A stretch of 63,976 nt of DNA, counting the filler, from Candidatus Fermentibacterota bacterium (GTDB lineage: Bacteria; JAFGKV01): NCBI GenBank assembly GCA_016928395.1. It is 8 parts of 8 records of this genome, joined end to end, with 100 filler letters (N's around TTAATTAATTAA, not from the genome) between each part and the next. Parts side by side here need not be neighbours in the genome. Positions count along the whole stretch, not along the records: positions 49,853 to 58,359 come from JAFGKV010000327.1; positions 58,460 to 61,319 come from JAFGKV010000329.1; 6 more parts are not named here. One strand, written 5' to 3'. The position numbers were made by a program, and so were the translations under genes. This document shows positions 49,853 to 59,836 of this stretch, one piece after another. How positions within the stretch are numbered: the first letter of the stretch is position 1; the number at the start of each line of letters is the position of its first letter. A model generated the notes under the pieces. It was not told the origin of the DNA and did not search any database. It saw nothing but the letters and a program-made list of their open reading frames with translations.

Positions 49853-50901
49853 CAGATGTGAGAACGACCAGCCGAAGGTGGCCTTGAAGGTGAGATACTT
49901 GATGAGCAGGATGGCGATGAGTGCGGTCCAGATCTGAATACGGAGTGCATTCGAGCTGGTCCCCATGAAGGTCTTGCCCTTCAGATTCTGCTTCAGGGTC
50001 TTGAAGAAGATCTCGATCTCCCAGCGATCCTTGTAGATCGCGGCAATCGTGGTCGCACCGAAGGTGAGATGGTTGGTCAATAGGACGATCTCTACTTCCT
50101 TTTTAGGATCCCATACCACCACACGACGCAACGGTATAGGGCACTTCAGTTTCGAGACCGGGCCGGTGAACCGGATGAGCTGGTCTGATCGAATGTGCCG
50201 ATTCTTGGGCAGGTTCGTTCTTCGATCACTTCGTACGCCGCATTCTCTTTCTGCCGTGTGACGAAGTAGATCTCGCCACGCGTCCAGGCGTAGTACAGCT
50301 CATAGTCGTTGTAGCCACGGTCCATGGCGACGATGCTGTGGGCGGGAAGCTTCACGATCCGCGCAATGTTCACCTCGTGGGTCGTGCCATCGGTGATGTG
50401 GACATAGGTGGGGAGATAGCCGTCATGGTCCAAGAGGAGATGGAGCTTGACTGCACCCTTGGTCTGCCGGAACGTGGCCCAGGGAAACAAGGCGAGGCAG
50501 AGGTCGATCACACTGGCGTCCAAGCTGAGCAGCTTGTTGCGGAAACGGAACTTCTTCTTCCGTGGGCAGGCAGCGCCTGTGCAGGTCTTCAGTACCTGGT
50601 AGAACGTTCGCTCGTACAGCTCCCAGGGCCGGTGCGCGTTAGCGTACGAAAGAGTCGAGCGTTTCGGGGACGTGGCAACGCCGAGATGGTTGAGCTTCCC
50701 GAGACAACACCTGAGGCCATCGCAGATCTCGCGGAGGGACTTGCTCTGTGCCACTTGGCAGAACAGCATGGCCACGAACTGGTCCCATGAGCTGAAGCCT
50801 TTGGCATACCGGTCGGACCTCAGCTCCTTTGCGGTGCGAGCAAACTCATGCGTGGAGATGATCGAGAGGATTTGACTGAAGAGGCTGGTCGGATGTACCA
50901 T
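49853..50901 (-). pseudogene. IS4-family transposase (DUF4372 + DDE) with a 1-bp frameshift near 50213
   Basis: FSSWDQFVAMLF.Q...SLREI, LDASVIDL, KLHLLLD, MDRGY in one frame; LPKNRHIRSDQLIRFTG...YKDRWEIEIFFK.LKQ in the shifted frame. Confidence 0.85.
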
Positions 50902-51084
50902 GAGGCGTCACTCCTTGGTGTGGCAGCATATCGTTGGGAAGCGAAACTGCCCCCAAGGAGTGACATCCCTTCGGCAGGATCAACGGTAGGCATCCGGATG
51001 AGGATCAGCACGTCGTCCCACACTCCGTCGCCTGCCTCTCTCCTCCAACTGCCTGATGAGAATCGTTCTTGGACAGATGCGATG
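49853..51084 (-). mobile_element. IS4-family insertion sequence; left end near 51080-51084, right part cut by contig end
   Basis: Transposase plus terminal sequence catcgcatctgtccaagaac on the minus strand; abuts a helicase fragment. Confidence 0.8.
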
Positions 51085-51764
51085 CTTACACCAAAATGTG
51101 GCTCCTGCGGCTGCTCTTGGTGGATCCCAACGGGGTCATCCGCGAATCGAAGGGAGAATCGCTTCCCTCTCCCAAGTATGACGCCCTGGACCGGATCGTG
51201 GGAAAGACGGTGGCCGATGGTTGCAAGGTGGTGGTCTTCACCTCCATCAAGCGCGGCGTCACCAGGGAACTGGTCATGCGCTATGCTCGGTTCGGGGTCT
51301 GTCTCATCGATGGGGACGTGGATGCGTTCCCGCGGAAGAAGAAGGAGAGCCAGAGGGAGACGATTCGTCGCGAGTTCCAGTTCGGCGACACCGGGGTTCT
51401 CATTGCCACGCTCGGCACCATGAGCGAGGGGGTCGATCTCAGTGCGGCTTCAACCGTCGTGTTCCTCGACAAGCCGTTCACGAGCACGGCGAGAGACCAG
51501 GCCATCAAACGCGTGCACCGTCTGGGTCAGACCAAGCCCGTGGAGGTCATCAGCATCGTGGCCCGGGATCCGGCCATCGATGCGGTCATTCGAGACAAGG
51601 ATACCGGTGAGCACGAGACCATTGACGAAGCCATCGAGCGTCTCATCGACAAGAAGGAGCTTCTGATCCAGCACGTCGTAGACGGGGCGCGGCTCTCGCC
51701 TGAAGAACGGCGTCTCCTGGAAGAGAGGGAGAACCTGGGCCGTGTCATCTCCTCGCTTGCCTAA
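51081..51764 (+). pseudogene. C-terminal HELICc domain of an SNF2-type helicase, cut from its 5' part by the IS4
   Basis: SPKYDAL, KVVVFT, SEGVDLSAASTVVFLD, DQAIKRVHRLGQTKPVEV; no Walker A/B and no RBS-linked start. Confidence 0.8.
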
Positions 51765-52146
51765 TCGTATCCGCTGCCGATTCTCAACGAATGCGCGTAG
51801 TGCCCCCGGGTGGGCTACTTGGAATGGGTGCAGGGCGAGATCGAGGAGAACCTGCTCACCGAAGAGGGCGAGGATGCGCATCGGGCCGGCTTAGGACGCT
51901 GGCAAGATGTCAATTTGCTGACCCACAGAGCCGTCCGAACATGGTTTCCAGGACGGCTGGAGTATTACCACGGTGAAGAAGCAAAGGAATGAAGAAGGGA
52001 GCCCGTCGGCGGCGGTGCCGGCGAAACGACAAGCCGACGGCTGCGGAGCTATTCGCGCGGAATCCTCGAAATCGAGAAAGGCGCGAGCTGGGGGTCGATA
52101 GTGCGGAGAGAGCAGTGCAAGAGCGAGGCCACGGTCCCCGCTCCGG

Positions 52147-54585
52147 TCATCTCAGGCCGTAGCCGCGACGGTTCTCTTGCCACCAGGTCTTCCAGTCGAA
52201 AGACTCTTCCTCGGGGTAGTGGTCGGTCAGTCTTTGGATGGTGTGCCGCACTTCAGAATCGAGAGCAGGGTTGTCTCCGCCGAGCAATGTGATTAGCGAA
52301 TCCACCGCCTTGGGCTTACCGAACGTGCCCAGCGCACGAATGCAGGCCGCTCTCCGAGTGCCCGAGGTGTCGGCAAGGCCCTCTACCAGGGCGTTGAATA
52401 CCCTCTCATCCTTGCTTTCCCCCAAGGCTCCATACAGCTTGGTGGTGAGATCTGGGATTGCGTTGAGAGAGGGGTCTCGCGCGAGATCGAGCAAGGCGGC
52501 GATGGCCCGTTCATCACCCGTGGCTGCCAGAGCGCTGATGGCTCCATCCCTCACGTGTCGGTTCGAGTGGCGAAGGGACGCGAGAAGCACGTCCACGCAG
52601 GGGGGGCCGATCCGGCCCAAGACCGCGGCCGCGGCGTCTCGCTGGCCAGTCTTCGATCCATCGGCAATGTCCATCGCATCAGTGAGAAGTCGTATGCTCT
52701 CGGGTGATGAGAGGTAGCGCTGGTAGTCCTTCCGGGAATCGGTACTCAGCAAGGAGCTATTCAATCCCCCGAGGGCCTCAGACCGAGTCTCGGGATCGGG
52801 ATCTCCAAAGAGGCGAGCCAGGTGCGCGATGCTCTCACCGGATCCTTGAGAGGCAAGCCCTCTGGCCACCTCAAGGCGGACATCTCGGCTTGTATCGGTG
52901 CTCGCCGCCTGCAATGCGGCCACTGACCGGTCATCGAAAATGCCTCCCAAGGCTCGCGCGGCGCAGACTCGAATGCGGATGTTGTCGGACTTCATCGCCT
53001 GGACCAAGGCGGGAATGGCCGGTTCACCGATGGACTCTAGCATGCCCGTGACCCTCTGCTGCTCGCTCTTGAGGAGCGGTATTGCCTCGATGAGACGGCG
53101 TACCCGCGGCGCGTCCCACAGCGCTGCCGGCATGGTCGCAATGCCGGGATCCTCATCGTCATCCTTCAACGTGGACCGTTCGAGCGCCGCCAGGCACGCG
53201 GTCCGTTGTTCCGCATCACGGGCAAGTCGTTCGATGAGGATGTCTATCGCTTCGCGGCTCCGATGCCGGCCCAGCGCGGCGATGGCCTGCTGCGAGACGG
53301 CATTCACGCTGTCATCCATCAGAACTACCAGTATGGCACGGGACTGCGGGGTTCGAATCCCTCCAAGGGAACGGGCAACACCCTCCCTCACCAGGGGTCG
53401 CGCATCTGTGCGTGCACGGTCGAGTTGATCGAGAGACGATGCCCCCAGAGCTGCGAGTGACTCGGTGGCACGATCACGGAGGGCGGCATGGGACTCACCC
53501 TCTCGACCGAGGCATCGCACCAGGGCAGCCACGACTTGGGCATCCCTGTGTCCGCGCAACGACTGGGCGGCACCTGCCCGAATCGGCGCAATGGAGTCAT
53601 CGAGTGCAGCGAGGAGCATGTCCCGCACGGTCTCGCCAGCGTTCTGGAGCACTGCGACAGAGGTTTCGCGTACCCGTGGCAGTGGACTTGCCAGCGCCCC
53701 GAGCAACGCCGGATAGCCGAACGCACGGGCCAGCATGGCCACGGCCTTCGGAGGGAATCCATCTCGCATGGCCTCATCGTAGGGCGCATCCGTCGGGTCG
53801 GTGGGCGGGGACGTAACGGAGTGAGGAGTCGGGCACTCTCCCCGGTAGGACTCGTGAAGGGCCCGACCTCCCGGCGTCTCCAGGCGGAGACGCCCGCTCA
53901 CCCTGGCACCGGTGTAGTAGTAGGTCCCCCATCCGACGCCGAAGAGGGAGTAGTTGTCTCCGAGGGCTTCAGCGTGACAGGTGATGGTCATGGTCGCATC
54001 AGCCGCGGAATCCGACCCCACCATGTGCAGACCGAAGTACGGAAGGAACTCCCGGATCTCCGGCGCGAAGCCGATGATCACGGAGTCAACTTCCTCCGCG
54101 AACGACTGGTGGATGTCGAGCTTCATGGTGCGGACATCCCGGAACGCCGGCGCACGGGCGCCCTTCATGGCATCCAGCCTGGCCTGTGCGTCCCCCGCGT
54201 GCCTGCCCTGGGGATGAGCCGCAAGGTAGCGCCTCCATGCCGCGTGGGAGTGTTCCCCAGCGGCGAGCTGCCAATCAAGGCTGTCCCATGCCGCCTGCGC
54301 TTCTTGGGAAAACACGCCGTCGGGATATCGTCCAAGGAAACGCTGGTACGCCTCAGGGGTACCCCAGCCCTCGCACTCCTCGAACGTGAGTTCCTCGATC
54401 CTATGGCGGGCCTCGGGCACGAATCTGCTCTGGGGAAATGCGGCGATGAAATCCTCGTACCCCTCCAGCGAGCCAAAGCGCTCCACTTCCCGCCACCTCC
54501 TCTTCTCGGGGTTCGGTAGGATGCTGACCAGGATCACCAGACCGAGCACAACGAGCAGGACGCGCAGCAACCGTTTCTTCGTCAT
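52147..54585 (-). CDS. Membrane-anchored HEAT/PBS-lyase repeat protein
   Basis: GAAGGAGG RBS; N-terminal TM; three Y..F...(F/Y/H)P.(G/S)...A repeats; many L.D....VR..AA.ALG repeats. Confidence 0.82.
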   Translation of the reverse strand: MTKKRLLRVLLVVLGLVILVSILPNPEKRRWREVERFGSLEGYEDFIAAFPQSRFVPEARHRIEELTFEECEGWGTPEAYQRFLGRYPDGVFSQEAQAAWDSLDWQLAAGEHSHAAWRRYLAAHPQGRHAGDAQARLDAMKGARAPAFRDVRTMKLDIHQSFAEEVDSVIIGFAPEIREFLPYFGLHMVGSDSAADATMTITCHAEALGDNYSLFGVGWGTYYYTGARVSGRLRLETPGGRALHESYRGECPTPHSVTSPPTDPTDAPYDEAMRDGFPPKAVAMLARAFGYPALLGALASPLPRVRETSVAVLQNAGETVRDMLLAALDDSIAPIRAGAAQSLRGHRDAQVVAALVRCLGREGESHAALRDRATESLAALGASSLDQLDRARTDARPLVREGVARSLGGIRTPQSRAILVVLMDDSVNAVSQQAIAALGRHRSREAIDILIERLARDAEQRTACLAALERSTLKDDDEDPGIATMPAALWDAPRVRRLIEAIPLLKSEQQRVTGMLESIGEPAIPALVQAMKSDNIRIRVCAARALGGIFDDRSVAALQAASTDTSRDVRLEVARGLASQGSGESIAHLARLFGDPDPETRSEALGGLNSSLLSTDSRKDYQRYLSSPESIRLLTDAMDIADGSKTGQRDAAAAVLGRIGPPCVDVLLASLRHSNRHVRDGAISALAATGDERAIAALLDLARDPSLNAIPDLTTKLYGALGESKDERVFNALVEGLADTSGTRRAACIRALGTFGKPKAVDSLITLLGGDNPALDSEVRHTIQRLTDHYPEEESFDWKTWWQENRRGYGLR

Positions 54586-54898
54586 GGGTATCCCTCCTTC
54601 AACGATGAGTGGCACCACGAACGGTAAGGTCTCTGTGCGGTACTCTCCCGTCAAGGAGCCCTATGGGTTTGACCTGCATGCCCCTGACCACGAGAGCGAG
54701 CGCGATGCAGCACTGTCCACCGACGAACAGCACCTATCCATCATCGTACAGGCGGGACCTCTGCTGCGCACGGTATGCGTTTGCCCGTTGTCGTGCCATC
54801 GGAGATGTCCTTTCCCGAGCACGCGTCTGCCAGCGATTTCGGTTCCTTTACTCCATGGGAGGTGAGGAGTGAGGAGATGGTGGCAAGCAGTCAGGACT

Positions 54899-54970
54899 AA
54901 GTCCGGCCGCTAAGGTCGTGGGGCGCCCTCAGGGTTTTCGAGGTTGAGGATAGGCCGAGTTGTAGCCCCG
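54899..54970 (+). repeat. Family A repeat copy followed by a GTAG-REP half
   Basis: gggcgccctcagggttttcgaggttgagga..gagttgtagcccc matches the reverse of 61617-61665. Confidence 0.7.
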
Positions 54971-55508
54971 GCGCCCATGAAGCCGGTCTAGGGACATCCT
55001 ATGTCTTCAGTCGTCTCGTGGTCTGTGTGACGGGTGAAGTGCTGCGCAGCATGCAGTTCTCCATCGTCAGGCAACCGTTCCTTTCGAGCCGGACCGGTTC
55101 CCGTTTCTCCGTTGTGCCCCACCCACGACTCGTCAAAGTCGCGCGGCGGGGTGCACAGTCGGCAGTCCGGCCTGTCTCCACACTCCCATCTCAGCGAGCG
55201 AAGTGAGGTGTCCATCCATCGCTCCATCATTCCAAGATCACGCACGCGCCAGCAGTCGCCAGTTGGCCGCGAGTCCGGCGGCGAAGACAGCGATGTCCTG
55301 GCCCCATTGAAGTGGCTCTTCGGGCGTTCAGTTGCCGGCTGACTCGACCTTTCCCCGTCAGCAATCACGTGGTCCTGGGTGTTCCGGGGTCTTGTGGTGA
55401 TTAGAGAGGGCTCTTGGGTTACCCGTTCGCCATCCGATTGATATGGGGTGTGAGGACGGTACGGGTGATATCTTGTGCGCCGGCGGCGCTATCACTGGAG
55501 GTGATGCC

Positions 55509-55847
55509 ATGAGTCGCGGGGCGTATGTCGGGCTGCTCTCGCTAGTTATCGCGTTAGCCTTGGTCTACTACTTGGCAAAAGATCAGGCGACCACGGTGGG
55601 CAGGCGCGGCGCGGAGGCGCCGGTGGGAGTAGCGAGTGCGGCGAAGTGTATCGCCAATCAACGGACCCTGGAATCGGTCATCGCCATGTACCGGATGACG
55701 CATGACGGGGAGAATCCTACTACGCTTTCGGATCTCGTGCCGCGGAATCTGCCCCTGATTCCCGAGTGCCCGGAAGGCGGCGCCTATCTGTACGACCGCA
55801 ACGCGGGCACTGTCTCCTGCCCCAATGGCCACCGCGACGAGAGGTGA
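55509..55847 (+). CDS. Pilin/pseudopilin-like small protein
   Basis: GGAGGT RBS; N-terminal hydrophobic helix; CIANQRTLE...Y...P..L.DL.....CPEGG.Y...V.CP.GH; lacks canonical GFTLIE. Confidence 0.6.
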   Translation: MSRGAYVGLLSLVIALALVYYLAKDQATTVGRRGAEAPVGVASAAKCIANQRTLESVIAMYRMTHDGENPTTLSDLVPRNLPLIPECPEGGAYLYDRNAGTVSCPNGHRDER

Positions 55848-56042
55848 CGCTGCCGCGTCTTTGGCGGTACCGTCTTCGGCAAGGGAATCTGGGGCTGCGG
55901 TTCTTCATCGGGTGGCGCTTCCGACTTGCGCCGTGGAGGAGACGGGGCGTAAGTTGACCGCGACTATGCTTTGGTATGAGTCAGGCCCTGCATCAGCCGG
56001 GGCGCGTTGCAGCCCGATTCAAGCATTCACGAAAGGATTCCG

Positions 56043-56183
56043 ATGAAGCTGTCTAGGACCCGCATAGCCTTTGTCTTGCTGATCTGCTGCCTGGTCACCG
56101 CGGCCGTGGTCTGGGCAGCCGAATCCGCTCCGTCCAACACCGTCGGCTTCTTTACTTTTGACCTCGGGGCCGGCACTCGATAG
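56043..56183 (+). CDS. 46-aa secreted microprotein (signal peptide + ~21-aa peptide); absent from ORF track
   Basis: AAGGA RBS; MKLSRTRIAFVLLICCLVTAAVVWA|AESAPSNTVGFFTFDLGAGTR*. Confidence 0.7.
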   Translation: MKLSRTRIAFVLLICCLVTAAVVWAAESAPSNTVGFFTFDLGAGTR

Positions 56184-56281
56184 GCTTTCCTCCGCTCTTC
56201 TTCCCGTCGCGTGCGAGGGCGTCTGTCACGTTCGCACGCATCTCCTTTCCTGTTCCTCAGCTCCCTCGGAGGACACTCGCA

Positions 56282-58359
56282 ATGAGATTTCCATCCTGTG
56301 CGCTTCTGGTTCTCGTGCTCGCATGCTCCGCTGCTCATGCTGACGTCAGCCAGGAGGAGTGGATCCCGCTGGCCGGCGATGAGCACCCTGCACCGGCGCT
56401 GGTCAGTTCCCACGATCTTGGAGTCGGCGCGGTGGAGCTGGAGATCGATCTGGCAGGGCTTGTGCGTTCGGATCTTGAGACCAAGGGAGGCAGGTTCTCG
56501 CGGCTGAACGTGGTTGACGCCGGTGTGCAGGGAAAGGTCGGCCGCATGGAGCTTCCCGCGCTGCGGCTGATAATCGCCATACCCTACGGCGCAGACCCCA
56601 CGCTCAGCGTGCAATCGGAAGAGGTCGTCGAGTTGAGCTTCCAGGAACTCGGTATCACCGCGCCTATCGTCCCGGTTCAAGCTCCGGTCGAGAAGCTGCC
56701 GGGCGCCAGGGAACGGGCAGCGTTTGACATGGATCCTGCGGCGTATGAGACCGACGCCTACCAACTGGAAGCCGCGGTAGCTCTGGGACAGGTGGGAGCG
56801 ATCCGAGGGCATCGATTTGTGGCGCTGGAGTTGTCCCCGGTAGACGTGAACCCGGTCAGGCAGCGGGTGCGGATTCTCCGATCTACCTCGGTGCGGATCG
56901 ACGTCTCGGATTGCGACCTACAGAAAACGAAAGAACGCGCCCAACGCTACAGCAGCCGTGCGTTTGACGGGCTGAAAGCCCGGGTGCTCCTTGGCCCCTC
57001 GTTGAGGACCAGGGATCTGAACGGCATGCCCAATCCTCCCAGACTGCTTATTATCACCGAACCGGGTTGGGCCGGCAATGCCAACCTGCTGGCCTATGTT
57101 GACTGGAAGCGCGCCAAGGGGTTCCGCCCTGAGCTGGTGACCACCGGCACCACGGGCACCACGAAGGAAGCCATCAAGAACTACATCCAGAACGCGTATG
57201 ACAATTGGGCGATACCACCGACCTCCGTACTTCTGGTCGGGGACACTGGGGGAATCCCCAACTGGGTCGGCAGTACCACCAACAACCCGGCCACCGATCT
57301 GAACTACACGATGCTGGAAGGCGATGACTACTTCCCAGATATCGAAATCGGGCGCTGGTCAGTGGCGGACGCCACGGATCTGAACAACATTGCCAGCAAG
57401 TCACTGAGCTATGAACAGGTCGGGTGGACCGGCAACGATACGTGGGAGAAGTATGCCGTCTTCATGGCCTCCAATGACAACTACTCGATCACGGAGGCGA
57501 CCCACAATTACGTGATCAGCAACTATCTCCAACCCGATGGCTACAGCTATGACCGGCTCTACTGCCATACCTACGGCGCGACGACCCAGCAGGTTGCCAA
57601 TGCTCACAATGCCGGGCGGTCGCTCTCGATCTTCTCGGGCCATGGAGACGTCACCTATTGGGCAGACGGGCCGGTGTTCTATCAAAGCAACGTCAATAGC
57701 CTCACCAATACCGTGTACCCCTTTGTGCAGAGCTACGCCTGTCTTACGGGCCAGTACACCGCCGCCGAGTGTTTCTCGGAGACGTGGATCCGCGCCACCC
57801 GTGGCGCCATCGGCATGATGGCCTCGTCGGTCTACTCCTACTGGACAGAGGATGACATTCTCGAGAAGCGGGCCATGGAGGGCTTCTGCGCCACTGTGAA
57901 CGCTGGCGAGGAGAACCAGACATGGCCCGGCGGCATGATGAACTATGCGAAGCTTCGGTACTATGCCCACTTCGGCAACATATCCACGACTCGGCGATAC
58001 TTTGAGATGTACAACATCATGGGCGATCCGACCATCAACCTGTGGACCGCTGTGCCGTCGGCCATGACGGTGACCCACGATGCGACCATGGGCATCGGGG
58101 CCGCGTCGTTTGACGTTACAGTGAGCAACGTGGGCGACTGGGTCTTGATCTGTGTGCATGACGAGAACGATGAGGTTTACGCGACCGAGTACCTGTTTGC
58201 TAACGGCACGGCAAGCCTCGATCTCGGCGCGGGTGCTTCAACTGTGGGAACTCTCCATGTGACCGTAACAGGCCACGACCGCGTGCCGTACCAGACCACG
58301 ATTCCCATCACAGCGCCCAGCGGCCCGCACGTGGTATACGCGGGCTCGACGATTCTGGG
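56282..58359 (+). CDS. Gingipain-like C25 cysteine peptidase (propeptide + catalytic + Ig), 3'-truncated
   Basis: Signal peptide; WK..KG, IKNYIQNAY.NW, VLLVGD, DIEIGR, FSGHG (His), SYACLTG (Cys), YNIMGDP. Confidence 0.9.
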
Positions 58360-58459
58360 NNNNNNNNNNNNNNNNNNNNNNNNNNNNNNNNNNNNNNNNN
58401 NNNTTAATTAATTAANNNNNNNNNNNNNNNNNNNNNNNNNNNNNNNNNNNNNNNNNNNN

Positions 58460-59619
58460 AAACAGCCGTTCGATCCGTCGAGGATGCAGTCGCGGATGGT
58501 GGGCGTGCTCCCCCCCTCGCACAGGATGCCAGTCCCAAGCACGGAGTGGAACGACCCTTCGACCGTCGGCGACGCGCCACCTGTCACGTGGACCCCGACG
58601 CCCGTCACGTCGTTGAAGTAGTTCCACTCTCCCGTCGTGGGGCCTCCCAGAATCAGGGATCCTCCATTGCCCGAACAGGCGAGTGCAATGTCGTCGATGT
58701 ACGAGCACTGACATGCCTTGACATGCCCATTGACCCTGGTCAATGAGATACCATTCGTGCAGTACTCAAAGGTGGAGCCAATGACGTATGCCTCCATGGT
58801 GAAGGGGGATTGGGGAGAGAAGCACACGCCAGTGGTGCAGTACTGGAAATCGACCCCCATGACCGTGTAGTGATCGTAGTAGTAATAGGGATCCTCGCTT
58901 GCCCAGATGCCGAAGGTACAGTATTCGATAGATCCGCCGTCGACGAAGACATCCGAATGCCACATCTCGAATCCCTTGCCACAGCCTGAGATCTGGGGAT
59001 AGGAGAAGTATGAGGAGTCTCTGATCAGGTAGATGCCGGCGCCCGTCACGTTGTCGACCCGAAGGTCGTTGAACGTGATGTCACAGTGGTCGAGGTAGAG
59101 CCCCTTGCACGCCGTCTGCCCGTGTATTCTCAGGTTCGAGACTCCGAACTGTTGGTATCCGCTGTTGTAGAAGTACACCGCGCCATCCGGCTGCCACGGA
59201 TCCCATATTGGAGGATTCGAGATCACTTCGATGTCCGCAATATGCATGTTGTAGATACCGTTGAAGTACATGCCATGGCGAGCACCTCCGTCAATTTTGA
59301 AGCCCTCGTCCGGTCTGCCGAAGTTCAACCCGCCCCCATTTCCGCTGAAGTAGACGGTGTAGTTGTCCTCCCCGCCATGGATCTTGACGTCTTCCTCCTC
59401 GGCGACGGACCGCACCGTGACTCCCGACTTCAGGGTGATAGACTCGTAGTAGGTGTAACCCCTGTTGATCTCCGAATGGACTATGACAACGTCTCCCGAG
59501 CTGGCGTCGTCTATATGCTCTTGAATGGATTCTCCGGGGTAGACGTGCCATGCCTGTTGTGCATGAAGCTGCATGGGCAAGACTGTCGAAACGACAATCA
59601 CACCAATCAAATGTCTCAT
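58460..59619 (-). CDS. Secreted right-handed beta-helix protein, 3'-truncated
   Basis: Signal peptide; VYPGESIQEHIDDASSGDVVIVH...YYESITLKSGVTV; repeated C..G(I/V) strands. Confidence 0.8.
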
Positions 59620-59836
59620 GATATGCCCCTTTGATCGCGTGCCTGAACTGAGCGGATTCATTCAGATGGACATGCTGCATGTCCATCCGCAGCGATGGAG
59701 AATTCGCGTCAAGGCGGTCGTGAGCGAATGATACGTCTCATCCTCGCTTCCTCCTCTGGTCGGAGACCCACCAGGGGTCGATGCCCCTGGCTCATCGAAT
59801 CGAATGTGGAAAGCTCTACGATGACGCATCGGCTGC

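Noticed and set aside
50200-50225. Programmed ribosomal frameshift in the IS4 transposase
   Set aside because: No slippery heptamer, and IS4 transposases are normally single ORFs; mutation or consensus error is more likely.
51810-51992. 60-aa ORF after the helicase fragment
   Set aside because: No RBS or recognisable motif; possibly a gene remnant but unsupported.
56181-56285. TAG read-through fusing the microprotein to the C25 protease
   Set aside because: The read-through frame is low-complexity, stops at TGA near 56283-56285 and is out of frame with the protease, which has its own RBS and signal peptide.
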